From Microbotryum violaceum (lineage: Eukaryota): DNA of 64,000 nt. The stretch covers positions 2,294,001 through 2,358,000 of the forward strand of contig CDLV01000004.1 of assembly GCA_001244265.2 (NCBI GenBank), in the 5' to 3' direction. A model generated the notes under the pieces. That model was not told where the DNA came from, did not search any database, and saw only the letters and a program-made list of their open reading frames with translations. The translations under genes and the position numbers were made by a program. Positions 23,366-34,854 of this stretch are shown here, piece after piece. Every line of letters begins with the position of its first letter. The first letter of the stretch is position 1.

Positions 23366-25198
23366 TCACAAACGCGAACCAGTCCCTCCAGTCGTCCCAT
23401 CAGGCTCCACCTCCACCGTCACCGAAACACAGATATAATCCCCACTCTCCAGCTTGACCAACTCCCACATGGACGTGCCAGTCCCAGCGCCCGAATATTT
23501 CTCATCGTCCGCCGAGTCGGACCCACTGAGGACACCCGAAGAATCTTGGTACGCTGAGGCAGGCTTGATGCCTTCGACGTCGGCGGTGTCCTGGGGCGGA
23601 CAAGGGGGTACTTTGGGTGGGCAGGGGGGTACTTTGAGTGGGCAGGGCGGTGCGTCGGGTACGTCGAGTTCGTCGGGTAGACGGGAGTTGTTGTTGTCTG
23701 TTGTGTTGGTCAAGTTGTGGATGTCGGGGAGAATAGGTGGCGTAGAGGTGTTGCTTCTTGGTGGCGGAGTGGGAGGAATGACGATATCGCCAGCGCCATT
23801 TGAACTGCCATGATCGGGTGGGGTTGAGATGTTGTTCGGTGGTGGAGTGGGAGGAATGACGATATCTCCAGCGCCATTTGAACTGCCATGATCGGGTGGG
23901 GTTGAGGTGTTGCTCGGTGGTGGAGTGGGAGGAATGACGTTACCGCCAGCGTTATTCGAACTGCCATGATCGTTAGGCTTATTCGCACCCGACCGCTGCT
24001 GCCTCAAATGCCACTGCAAACACCCCACACCCACCAGCACAAACGCCACCACAACCAAGACCACACCAATCCAAATGCATCTCCTCCTTTTCCTCAGCTG
24101 ATCATCCCTCTCCGCTCTGATCCCTCTCCTTCCCTGAACGACGATGTGCTTGCCCGCGCTTCCGCGAATCTTGCGTTCCTGCAATCCATCAGCGAGAACC
24201 CTCCATTCCTCCTTCTCCCTCTCGCGATGCCTCTCCCTTTCTTCGATCCTCCTCTTCAACTCCGTCGCTTCATCCCCCCCATCTTCCAAAATCTCCTTCG
24301 ACCCTCCCCCGCTCCCCTCACCACCACCACCAACCTTTTTCGTACTCGCTGCGCTCCTAATCCCCTTGGCTCCCTTAGCCGCCGTCCTGATGATCCACCT
24401 CTGCGCCTCCAAAGCTTGCCCTCCCAAATAAGCCGAGCCCTTGCTCAACGTAGACCCATCAGAACCCCTCTTTCGACTTTTAGGACGAGAGTTCGTCGTC
24501 AATGGTGCTGTATCAGCTGGGGAAGGCGCCTCGGAATCGGAAGGTATGGGGGAGAGGGAGGAGGTGAAGGTGAAGGGGAAGGGAACGCCGAACGGTCGAT
24601 ATTTCGTGGGTGAGGCGGAGTAGGATCGATTAGGGGAAGGGAGGTTGGTATCGATGCTTAGGAGGGGGGCGGATACCCTTCGTCTTGTTGAAGGCTTCCG
24701 AATTGGTGACCCGGTAGGAACGCGCGTGAGGGCAGATGACGAATCCTCCGTCTCGGAAGAGGGATAGCACTGGGCATCCCCATTCCTCTCCTCCGCTATC
24801 TCGATCCCGAACGAATTCGTTCCGTCAGGATGATAAACCAAACTCGGAATATCAGGTAAATTCGAAGCCGGAATCACTTCCTTGATGGACACTTCTTCGG
24901 GATCGATGATGGGCGGATGTTCGAACGGATCACTCGCTACGCTCTCGCGCTTGTTGTCGGGATCGGCGTCAGGATCGGGATCGGTCAACCTCGTCTTCCA
25001 TCGAGTCCGGGAAGGGCCGGACGAAGGCTCGATCAACAGGGCATGCGCCGGTGCGTCCGAATTCGGTGACGACGCTCCACCACTCTCCAAATCATTGACA
25101 ATGAAGATCCACGCATCGTCAATCGGAGGCGTCTCATCCAGAGGCAGTAAGAGCGATGACGGACGACGGTCGGAGGGGAATGTCGGAGTGAGAGCCAT
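23366..25198 (-). CDS. 610-aa single-pass (type II-like) membrane protein with Pro-rich tandem repeats
   Basis: Long ORF; basic patch followed by TM segment CIWIGVVLVVVAFVLVGVGCL; repeats lie C-terminal to the TM. Confidence 0.75.
   Translation of the reverse strand: MALTPTFPSDRRPSSLLLPLDETPPIDDAWIFIVNDLESGGASSPNSDAPAHALLIEPSSGPSRTRWKTRLTDPDPDADPDNKRESVASDPFEHPPIIDPEEVSIKEVIPASNLPDIPSLVYHPDGTNSFGIEIAEERNGDAQCYPSSETEDSSSALTRVPTGSPIRKPSTRRRVSAPLLSIDTNLPSPNRSYSASPTKYRPFGVPFPFTFTSSLSPIPSDSEAPSPADTAPLTTNSRPKSRKRGSDGSTLSKGSAYLGGQALEAQRWIIRTAAKGAKGIRSAASTKKVGGGGEGSGGGSKEILEDGGDEATELKRRIEERERHREREKEEWRVLADGLQERKIRGSAGKHIVVQGRRGIRAERDDQLRKRRRCIWIGVVLVVVAFVLVGVGCLQWHLRQQRSGANKPNDHGSSNNAGGNVIPPTPPPSNTSTPPDHGSSNGAGDIVIPPTPPPNNISTPPDHGSSNGAGDIVIPPTPPPRSNTSTPPILPDIHNLTNTTDNNNSRLPDELDVPDAPPCPLKVPPCPPKVPPCPPQDTADVEGIKPASAYQDSSGVLSGSDSADDEKYSGAGTGTSMWELVKLESGDYICVSVTVEVEPDGTTGGTGSRL
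23745..23972 (-). repeat. Coding tandem repeat, 3 x 78 bp (26 aa, DHGSSNGAGDIVIPPTPPP..STPP)
   Basis: GAACTGCCATGATCG recurs with a period of 78 bp. Confidence 0.95.
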
Positions 25199-25317
25199 CC
25201 GAGGCGATGACTCGGGGCTGGATGCGAGAAGGCCCGCAAGGCGGGTCAGTCAACTTGTGGAAAGGAAAGGGGTGGGTCTCAGAAGGCGCGAAGCGATTGA
25301 AGGAATGGGACGTGGGG

Positions 25318-25367
25318 ACTCACGGTGACAACTTTGTCGTACACTCACGGTGACAACTTTGTCGTAC
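25318..25367. repeat. Perfect 25-bp tandem duplication
   Basis: ACTCACGGTGACAACTTTGTCGTAC twice, upstream of the 610-aa gene. Confidence 0.9.
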
Positions 25368-25726
25368 ACAACAGTGCAGATGCCCAAGCCGATCTCCCCG
25401 AAGGTATAGGTATGACGCGTCTCAAGGGAGGGGAAGCCTCCCTCTCGTTTTGAACCAGTCCCAGCCCGAAGTCTAGTGCGCTCGGACTCACTCTGACAAG
25501 GACACAGGAGGCGGTATTTCCCTTGCGCCTCGAATCAAGCTGATCGGTATCCCAATTGGGCCGGAGTGCAGCTAGTGCAGCTAGTGCAGCGCTAGCGGCG
25601 CATCGGTTTTTGTTGGGTTTAAGCAATATTTCGATCGGGGAGAGGGTTATGGCGTCGTAACATTTAGTGAAACTTGCGATCCGGTAAAACATGTCGTCTC
25701 AGAACTTCGGAATTGAAACGCCCCTA

Positions 25727-26985
25727 CAGTCAGACCTGAGAAAATTCGTATCGCCCAATCTTATACCTGTCAAAATTTATGGACTTTTCAATCTCCCGAC
25801 TTTTTTGGCTGACAGAATTACAGAACCTGTCCAATCTTATACCTTATAATTTATGGGTTTACAGGTCAAACTATAAGATAAGAGAGAGCAGGAAATGAGC
25901 GATTGATCAGGAATTGGCCTCTCCTTCGGCGTTCTTGTTGACGAGCCGCCTGCTGGAAGAGTCCGAAATGCCCCGAAACAGCCGAGAAGCGAGCACAGTA
26001 GAGCAAAGGCGGCGGTTGACACGTTGACAGGCTAGTCGCGACGTGTTCTCTCTCCTCTTCCGCCGACAACGACGCCGAAATGAACATCTTCACAATCCGA
26101 GAAGCCCTCATCAGAAATTCCTCTTCATATCATCATGGTCTCATTCCCTTCCCGGGATTCATCTGCTGGCGCCACGCTCAAATCTTGTCTGATGGCAAGA
26201 ACAAACCGACCATACACCTCTTCCCAACGGTCGCGGGCCTCTCGATGGCGATCGCGGCATCATCAACGCGATGAACGCTCTGAAGACGGCGAACGATGAG
26301 CTGGTCGAAAAGGGGATAGTTACGAGCAACGAGAAGATGCGTATCCACTTTCTCGTCGATGTGGAGGAGGAGAACCTTGCTGGTGGGGCTGAATTGACCG
26401 ATCAGGAGATTGTGGACCTGGGGTCATTGCCGAAGAGTTGGAGGAGAATTGCGAGGGAGAAGGAGGAAAGGAGGAAGCGAAGATAGAGCTCCGACCGGCG
26501 GAGCGAACGACGCCGAAGGAGGCAATCTCAGCGCTTGGTGTTTTCCTTAGGTTTGCTATGAATGGGTACTCAGGTCCAACGTGTTTGATTTTTTTTGAGG
26601 ACGAGGCTAGGAGGATTCGCAGGACTCTTGTTGCCGAGCAGGTTGCCGCGAGGATTCAGACGACAATGACTTCGTATTTCCAGCGTCAGTAGGTCAAGAC
26701 ATTTTTTCTTGGAGCTTTCTTAACTTGTTAGATGTCATCATGCCTCAGTAGAGGCCGTACATTGGCTGCAATTCAGTAATTCGGGCCTTCTGAATTTCCT
26801 CCCCCTCAAAGGTCAATGTATCGACTCAAACGATGCACGAAGATTCTTGATTTGATGTAGGAAGCTCAAACACGGAGTTTCAGATCATAATGTAGTGATC
26901 TGAAGCCGAAGTCTTTAAGCTTATACCTGTCTTGATTCATGGGAAAATCCGTCCACCGAAAATATAAATTTTCTCGGTCTGACTG
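25727..26985 (+). mobile_element. Tc1/mariner (pogo/Tigger-like) internally deleted DNA transposon
   Basis: TA|CAGTCAGACC(T)GAGAAAATT ... AATTTTCTCGGTCTGACTG|TA; subterminal CTTATACCT repeats; residual pogo-type C-terminus (WRHAQIL, LTDQEIVD, KEAISAL, QTTMTSYF). Confidence 0.9.
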
Positions 26986-27335
26986 TAATGGTGAATCACT
27001 AGCCGTGCTAGGGCTGAACTCGCGACAGTGTCTCAGGTGGCTGTACGGCGCGGTTTCACGCCGGTGAGCTTGCGAGAAAAGGGGCTACCCGGGTGGGCTA
27101 AATTCACCGGCCGCGGCGGCGAAGCACGTGAGAGCACGTGGCCTCAAACGTGCTTCAGCCCCCGGGTCGGTCCGCTTTGTAACCCCATCACTTAGACTAC
27201 AATAGCGGGATATCTCAAATTGTACAATCTCAACTTGTACAATGTATCAGTTAGCTGGTATCTAGCTTAGGTACACATTTTCAGAACAGATGCAGAAGTA
27301 GGTGCCCTTGTTCACGTGGTCGTCCAATCCCGCTC

Positions 27336-27914
27336 TCAGCCCCCATCCCTCCGTTTCTGGGCCACAAAGATCGCACAAATCACCACCGTTCCCACCACAA
27401 CCGTTCCGCAAACCCCCACGATCAATCCGAGCGTCGTCCTCCTCCTTTTCTTCACCCTAATCAACCATTCTTCCTCCGTCATCTGCCGTCTTCGCTCTTT
27501 GGCCCTCTCGAAACGCGTCTGCTTCCTAGGTCGAAGAGGCACGGCTTTCCAAGTTGGTTCGACGACTTGAATAATGGGGTCGTCATCTTCGTCGAGGTGC
27601 TGGTGCTGTATCGTATCCGAGCTGGTGGCTGAACCTTGAGCCGGTGAACTCGTGCTACTTGAAGGTGTCGTCGGCTCGATCGCACCCAGCTCCCACGCCG
27701 CGACGTTGTCTCTAGTTACCTCGGTCATAGGCATCGAGCCAAAGTGTCCTGCTCTGTGGGCCCAGTACGCCTCATCTGACTGATTACTTCTGGTCTCATC
27801 ATATTCATCTCGTGTCCCCCCAGTATTTTCCGAAACGACCCTTATCGAACTCTCGACGATGAGGGGCGGTATCGAGTCGGTCCTGAACCGCGAGGGGCCG
27901 TCATTCCGCATCAT
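27336..27914 (-). CDS. Last exon of a hypothetical protein with a C-terminal TM (upstream exons probably extend to ~28450)
   Basis: KKRRR followed by TTLGLIVGVCGTVVVGTVVICAIFVA; upstream open frames with a GTGAGC donor at ~28166. Confidence 0.55.
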   Translation of the reverse strand: MMRNDGPSRFRTDSIPPLIVESSIRVVSENTGGTRDEYDETRSNQSDEAYWAHRAGHFGSMPMTEVTRDNVAAWELGAIEPTTPSSSTSSPAQGSATSSDTIQHQHLDEDDDPIIQVVEPTWKAVPLRPRKQTRFERAKERRRQMTEEEWLIRVKKRRRTTLGLIVGVCGTVVVGTVVICAIFVAQKRRDGG

Positions 27915-28616
27915 CGCCGTCTCACTCGCCGAATGAACGTAATCCTACGAGCTTCACTTTTGGATCGACGGTACCAACATTCGTGATGTGGTATATCCAA
28001 AAAAAATCTTTGCGAGGATCCCAATTCTTCCTTTTTGACCCAAGAACGGTGCTGCGAAGCGAAAGCGAGAGTGCGAAAGAGAGAAAGGGTGGTTTAGTAG
28101 AAGATCGTCAGACTCAGGTGTTTTTTTCCTCTCGATTGAAGCGATTCTCGGGGATGGAGTGCTCACCTGCTTCGGGCTCGGCGCACTGCTACGCGCCTCC
28201 CACTTGTGATGGGTTCTAAAGTATAGGTATAGAATGGTAGGACTCCTGATCGTAGAGGTCGTTGTACGAGCGATTGCGCATAGCCAAAAAGACGAAGAGC
28301 GGCGCCTCGGTCAAGACGCTGGGACGGGACTTTTAGCGCATTGAATGGCCGAGCATAGCCTTCAGGAGTCGCGATCGCAAGATCAAGAACCGAAATATGA
28401 CGCTAATTCCATGTGTCCACTTTGAGTCCACACAGCGGTATAACCCATCCGACTTCCATGCGAAAGAGTCATTGTCTCAGACATCTCGATCAGACGCGAG
28501 GGTGATGAGACATGCGATGACTCGCGTTGAGTCGAAGTTGGAATATTCTACAACAGCGCAACACAACAATAACAATATTCCAGATTAATCTTGACACCCT
28601 CTCCCAACCACCCCAT

Positions 28617-29607
28617 CTACAGCTCCATCACAAGCGCAAAGATCGCCGCATACAACACCACACAGACCAAGCAAAGCACAACGACGACGTCCCCGCTCGT
28701 TCGAAAAGGGCGACCCCAGAGTTTAGGAACGACGGATTGAGTGACGTGGGGAGGTGCGGAGGCAACCATGGCTGCTTGGGTGATGTTCAGTGGTTCGGGA
28801 TTGGAATCGGGGTGCGCTTCGGAGGGAGCGGTGCGGGGTTCAGGGGTTTTGGATGTCGTCTCGGCTGAAGTGGAGGGCGGAGAGACGGTCGTTGTAGGCG
28901 ATGTCCGATATTCGTCTGTACAAAATTTCAAGCATCAGTTCAGCTACTCATCATTTGCACAAGCAGCCAAACCGGGTGCCGACATTAGAGACGCACCGGC
29001 AAAATCGACATCGCCTCTTCTGGCGCGATGGTACCCGATCAACAGGATGAGCGTCCCCAGAACGACATAGAGAAGACCGACTGAAACAAGAAGTGATATA
29101 CCAATCAGTCAACAATACTTCATAGCCTTCTCGAGTGTGAGCTCCCGATGAAAAGGAGGAGCCACTCACTCTTTGCGAACTCGGCTGAAAAGATCTTCAA
29201 AATGAGGAGCGCGTAATAGAACAACCCCAACGCCGTACGGGTATAAGCACCTGTACGAGCACCCAAACCTCTCCGCAAACCTCAGCTTCCTCGTCAAGCC
29301 TACGGCACGTGGACGTACATACCGTCAAAGGTCCTTTGTCGGGCTCTTAGCTCGGTCAGTTCGTCGATGTCGGGGGTGATGAAACTGTTTCTTCGGTAAC
29401 CTAATGTTCGAAGATCATGCCGAGGTTCGAGAAGTAACAAGACAAAGGCGTCAGCTCGACCGTTTTCTCTTCCTCTCAGCTCCTGAGCCCAGTCGAGCAC
29501 GTCACCTCGTCCTCAATAGACTCACCATTATACGTCGCAACGGGTCTCGAGTTCTGCTTCCGATGTGTAAGGCGAGTGACCGTACGGCCAATATCTTCGC
29601 CCAGCAT
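28617..29607 (-). CDS. DUF202/YidH-like multi-pass membrane protein (multi-exon)
   Basis: Spliced ELRARQRTFDG-AYTRTALGLFYYALLILKIF...GLLYVVLG.LILLIG...GRPFRTSGDVVVVLCLVCVVLYAAIFALVMEL*. Confidence 0.7.
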
Positions 29608-29865
29608 GGTCCTGGTCGATGGTGTCGAGCTGTACTACGTTCGAGTCGAGCGAAGAGGGCTACTTGCCAGGTGCGGAACGGAGCCAAGAGACGGAATGGC
29701 GTGCCGAGTCGTCCCGTCGATCACTCGATCGGGCCGATCAATTAGCAATCACGTGATCTCGCTTGCTTCGTCGGGACTCTCATCGCCGAGCCAGACAGCC
29801 CCATGGTGACCTCCTCTCTCTTTCTCTGCTTGCCATTTCGGGTTAAAAAGTGTGCAAATTAAAAA

Positions 29866-31430
29866 ACTTGAGATTACTTCGGAGCGGACTTTGGGATCAC
29901 ATCGGTGCGGACTTTGGGATCACATCCGAGGCCATTCTTGTACCACGTTCATGGGGACTTTGGTACCACATAGTGTAGACACCTGTATCTCTTGCAATGT
30001 GTGATGTATCACTCTGGGAACAGTAGTTTGATGCATGTATAGGTCTATAGTACTTCTGGCCGGTGAGACTAGGCGGACAATGCAGTAGTTGCTGCATCGA
30101 TGTTCTGCCCCGCTTGGCCTCTCCGCGCCCATGGTGTCAGCAGCGGTCCGGCGCCCGAACCGCCAAGGCCGACACTCCCGAACGTGATTGCGCCGACTCG
30201 GATTAGACCAGAATTGGCACCGGTCCCTTGCTTCTCTCATCCATGAAGAACAGTTCATAGAGATCGAGAGAAGATACAGATTCTAATAAGTCACGCTTCG
30301 ACATCGGCGGACGTTTGCTTGTATGATCATTGCAGTTGAACGATGTTCAAATGTCCCCGATCTCTTTTGCAGGCCCCCGAGCAACGACGGCCATCCGCAG
30401 AACCTCCACAACAGGTCGACCTTCGCGGGTTGAATCCAAGCTTCTATAAAAGTGATGGCCAGTTCTGGACGTCATCAGATCCCCATTGCCACGTCCGACG
30501 GCTGTTGATGATGAGTAGGGGCGCGTTACCGTAAGGTCGCTCGGCGACAGCGAGACAGCATTCATATCGGTGTGGAGCCCAGTCATGCGTCTGTTGATAT
30601 ATCCCACGAATAAGAATTAGGTCGATCACAGGACGAAACAAAACGCAGTGCAGCACGCAGCTTCGACACACCTCTGTAGCTATGAACCTTGGGAGCTCCA
30701 GGACAGGGAGGTTGCTTACAAATTTCCATTCGGATTTCTGCTTGCGAGGAACGAGCGGCCTGAGACGGAGCTCGTTGTGCTCTGCAGTGGTGAAGATGAT
30801 GTTTGAGAAAAATTCCTCCGCGCCTCGTGTTCGACAGTTCGTCGGTCTGCATTCCGCCGAGAGAGCTCGCAGGTATGCCGGTCCAAATCTTCTTGTCTTT
30901 CCGGGCCAGGAGTGGTGCGGAGACGACGTTGTCAGGTAATACCTCCTCTGAACTGTCTTCTTCGGCTCCGTAGTATGAATCGCTTGTCGAACCCTCTTCG
31001 GAGTCGCTGGAACAGTTCTTGCGAGAGTTCGAAAGCCCCGAGGCTGAGGAGGTGCGAGACATCGAGGACTTGGGGGAAACCACGACCAAAGCTGCCGAGA
31101 GTTTCGAATCATCCTCATCCTCATATGAATCCGATTCATTATCTGATAGGTATGGCTCTGGCGAACTTTGTTGTCGCAGCGCAATGGGCAAGCGGTCCCC
31201 TTTGTATTTGACTATAATGCAATTGGTTCATCGCTTAAGTTGTTGACATGAGCGTACTTGGCGTCGTCTAGAAGGTACCCCATCCAGGTGTTGTTGTGCT
31301 CGAAATGGACGAGCTATCCGCTCAACAAGGAAGGAAAGGAGTGCTTTGTGTGAGATTTGTATATGTACGAGTGGGCGAGTGGGGTGTAAAGACGAGGAGC
31401 GTACGAAGCTTCAATGAGGGTTTTTTTATT
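29866..31430 (-). mobile_element. Internally deleted, inverted copy of the Mutator-like element at 34855-41735
   Basis: 29866-30354 is the reverse complement of 41236-41735, including the 23-bp repeats. 30355-31280 is a more diverged inverted copy of 34855-35785 (NELRLRPLV..KSEW.FV..LPVLELP.F.ATEV). Confidence 0.85.
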
Positions 31431-31516
31431 TTGATTTTTTTGCTCGGATCAGCGGCATTCGTGAGTTTGCCGGTTTCTAATAAGGGTTCTAACGGTTGCA
31501 GGCCTTATGGAGCTAC

Positions 31517-31690
31517 TACCTTTTCTGGCCTTTTGGCTTAGATCAAGTGTAGCATCTGTTCTTATCAGTTTTGATTACTGATAGTTGTTCAACGAACAAC
31601 ATCCAATCAAATCTTATCTTTCATTGCCAGGGTGTGCAGTTCTTGGGCTTCCCAAGATGTCCGTGCTATCTCACTTCCAGCACGGTATTA
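31517..31690 (+). ncRNA. U2: U2 snRNA-like gene (variant or pseudogene)
   Basis: GGCCTTTTGGCTTAGATCAAGTGTAGCATCTGTTCTTATCAGT; stem IIa TATCAGT/ACTGATA; IIb GTTGTTC/GAACAAC; hairpins TCTTGG/CCAAGA and CCGTGCT-ATCTCACTTCC-AGCACGG. The Sm site is non-canonical. Confidence 0.9.
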
Positions 31691-31824
31691 CGTCAGTGGC
31701 GCCATTTTGTCTTTACTCTGTGCACTCTAATGGGGGGGCCAAGGAAAGGCGATTAGCTTCGCCTGGAATTCGTGCCCGCTCGTTTTATTAATCATCTGCC
31801 TCAGCACCACGAGTTCACGGAAAT

Positions 31825-32645
31825 ATGGACTACAACAACAACACCAACAACGCCAGCCCTGCTGCTATACCACCTCTTCGCCCTGACCCTCCCAATCCTC
31901 CCGGCCAAGCCCTCACCATCACCACCAAATCATACTCCGCCGCGGTCGTCGCCGGCTCCGCTGCGAAGCACGGCAACGCCACCGCCAACGCCTCAACTGC
32001 CGTCGCTGCCCATCCACTGATGCACAACATTGAGAATTGCGTCATCATCAACACCCCACCCTCAACCTCGGTCGAGCAAGTCCTCCTCGCGTTTGACAAA
32101 CACTACCCTGGCCTTACCGGCGCAATGCCATGCGTCAGCAAGGGTCAGCGCGGCCTCCGCTTTCCCAAGACCGCCGATCTTGACACCCTGGTTGCCAATG
32201 GCCTTACTGTTGGCAAGACTCTGTGCAAAGTTGAATAGCTGTACAGCTCTACTAAAGGAGGTGTTGTACAATGCACCCTTACGGGCTTTTTCTCCGACCC
32301 CGAGGGCCTCTGCCTATTCGATGAGCAGATCGCTGCCTATGGCACGGTCCTCCGTCGTCGCATCCAATACATTGGAAAGACGAAACACATCTCTGGGGTG
32401 TACGACTTTATCCTTGCCCTTAAGGATGTAGATGTTTTGCCCCCTGCCTCACTTTCTATTGCTCGTGACGGTGTCACTGAGCGAATCCCACTGAGGATCA
32501 CCGGTGGCATGCGCCACTGCGTCTTCTGCCGTTCCGCGGCTCACGTCCGTAAGGATTGCCCCGTCGCCCCGGCGTGCAAGTCCTGCGCGAGCACCTCGCA
32601 CGCCACCCAGCACTGCCCAGGCCGTCACGCGTCGAGCCCCCAGGG
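31825..32645 (+). mobile_element. 5' fragment (ORF1, double zinc knuckle) of the L1/Tx1-like LINE
   Basis: Homologous to the 46888 copy from the ATG onward; CVFCRSAAHVRKDC..CKSCASTSHATQHC; premature TAG at 32236; cut by an LTR at 32646. Confidence 0.92.
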
Positions 32646-34306
32646 TGTGAAAGGCACGAGATCGCTCTCGAGCCTCACTGGCGACCTAAGCTGGCAGGTG
32701 CAAGTTGTATGGATTGCAACTAGCTTCTGGTGTCAGCCCGATTATCTACGAGAGTGCTGAGATATGGAACACCAGTACTCACCTAGCTTCTGGTGTCAGC
32801 CCGATGAGGAGGGAACTGAAGAAGCTAGGTGCGCGCGATCTCTATTTCTAGTGCCTGTGGCCCATAGTAAGGCGCGCGCCTTACACTCTCCCCGCCTTGA
32901 AACAATTCCCCTCCTGCGGTCGAAAATCCTACTCCTCGTTCCAATGCCTCCGTATCCTCCAGTGCCTCGGCAGGCTCCCATGAATCGCTGTCTGACGGCC
33001 ACAAGACCCACAAGACGAGGTATTGCTGCTTGCCAGAACGGACCCTCTCGTTGACAATCTCTTCAATGATGTACTCTGGCTCACCACCTACATCCACTGG
33101 GCCCAGTCGCGCAGGTTCACGGTTGGGGAACAGGGCTGTGTCGTTCTTGCGGTAGGTCTTGAGCTTGCCCGTGTGAAAAAACGGTACCACTGCATCGTCC
33201 CCGTTCAGTTGCAGGATGTAGGACGAGATTTCCGGTTGGGCTTTGACAATGCGATAGGGACCGTCAAAGCGGTCCATGAGCTTGGCTGCGTGGCGCTTGC
33301 GGGTGTGGAGCCGCTTTCGGCGATCACTCGAGTCAAGAAGAACAAGATCCCCAACAGCCCAAGAGGGTTCATTCTGGCGCTTCTTGTTGGACTGTGCTGC
33401 CTGCCGAACCTTGGAAATGGCGAGCTGGTCCCGGGCGTCTTCGCAGGCTTGGAATCGAAGGGCAAGCAACTCCTCAACGGACGGCAAGTTGTCATCACTG
33501 TCGACGCGGGCAAGCGGGGCGAGGGAGGGCGTGTAGCCAAGCACGAGCTTGAAGGGGGTTTTCCCGGTAGCGACATTGAGAGACGATACTCACAGACAGC
33601 AAGGCACTCCGCCCAGTTGGATTGCTCCTTGTTAACGAGCGCTCGAAGAATCTGGAAGGCAGTCTTGTTCGTTTTCTCGCTGCGACCGTCCGTCTCCGGG
33701 TGAAACGCCGAAGAGAGCTGGAGCTTGACATTCAGGCGCTTGTGCAGGGCAGTCCAGAACTTGCTTGTGAACAGCTTGTCCTGGTCCGAGACAATGCTTT
33801 GAGGGAGGCCAAAAAGGCGGTGCCATCCTTCATGGAAGCGTGCGGCGACCTCTGCTGCGGTGTCAGCTCCGCGTGCAGGGAGCAAACGGACGTACCCCGA
33901 CAGGCGGTCGGTGATCGTCAACACGCGGTCCGGGCAGCGGTCCGACAAAATCGATGGCAATGTCGGCCATGGGTCGTGTCGGGACAGGGAGCGAGTGCAG
34001 TTTGCCAGCAATGCAAGTGGTACGAGCCTTGGTCCTCTAACAAGAATCACATTGTTGGACGTAGTGCTTGACGTCCCGGGACATGTTTGGCCAGAAGTAT
34101 GCCTGCTGAACGGTCCGGTACGTTTTCATATCACCTAGGTGCCCCTGCGCATCATGAGCATCGTGAAGGATGGACTCACGGAGCGGGGCTAGTGATGAAA
34201 TGATAAGCCGGCCCCGTAAATACAGCAATGCATCAACAATCTTGAAGTCCAATGTGACCGAGCCAATGTTAGCCATGGCTTGCTGGCAGAATGGGTCGGT
34301 CTCGTA
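32646..34306 (-). mobile_element. Ty3/Gypsy chromovirus 3' fragment (integrase, chromodomain, PPT, 3' LTR 32646-32885)
   Basis: HDAQGH..CDSC, TDRLSGY, SDQDKLFTS, HPETDGRSE, GPY, EYIIEEI..YLV.W..WEP; purine tract then TGTAAGG on the minus strand. Confidence 0.93.
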
Positions 34307-34853
34307 TGTCAGAACCCAATCATATCTGATTCTCTTTCAATCCTATTTACTTCTCATGCCACTATTTCACTCCTACTTTGCACTCCTTCTTTAGCCTATT
34401 CCCACTACGCCGGATCCCAGCGCCTGATTGAGACTCGGTTGACACGTTGGCTTGGGTTGAAGTCGCGCGCCTCGCGGGCGCTCGTCTCTCTTCCTTCTTC
34501 ATCCATCTTCCATCCTCATTCTTGTGCTCGTACTCAACCCCTTGAGTCGGGATCCAGGTCAGTCCTTTTGCAATGCCCGATCCATCTTCCATCCTCAATC
34601 TTGTGCTCGTACTCAACCCCTTGAGTCGGGATCCAGACTTCTAATAGGTCATGAGCCCAAAAGCCGCTCACAAAGCTTCTACAGTAGACGCAAGCGGACC
34701 ACCACCATCCAACACTTCACCTCCACCAGAAGTCACTCCTGAAATCAACACCATGCCATCTGACACTACGTCGTCGGCCCTGACCGCGCTTCAAGCCGAC
34801 TACGCCGCGCTGCTCGCCAAAATCACGCGCCTGCCAGCTGCCAGCCTGCAGTG
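34307..34853 (+). mobile_element. Second Copia family: 5' LTR (34307-34646), PBS and start of gag, truncated
   Basis: TGTCAGAA...TTCTAATA ends, PBS GGTCATGAGCCC at 34647, internal ~57-bp duplication in the LTR, ORF MSPKAAHK...ADYAALLAKI. Confidence 0.75.
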
Positions 34854-34854
34854 A

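Noticed and set aside
26981-27210. SRP RNA (CTGTAATGG start) or RNase P/MRP RNA
   Set aside because: CTGTA belongs to the transposon TIR/TSD, and no helix-8 or convincing CR-I/CR-V motifs are present.
31517-31600. Keno/Utopia-type insertion into U2
   Set aside because: Those elements insert inside the 5' part of U2. Here U2 is uninterrupted and the LINE lies downstream.
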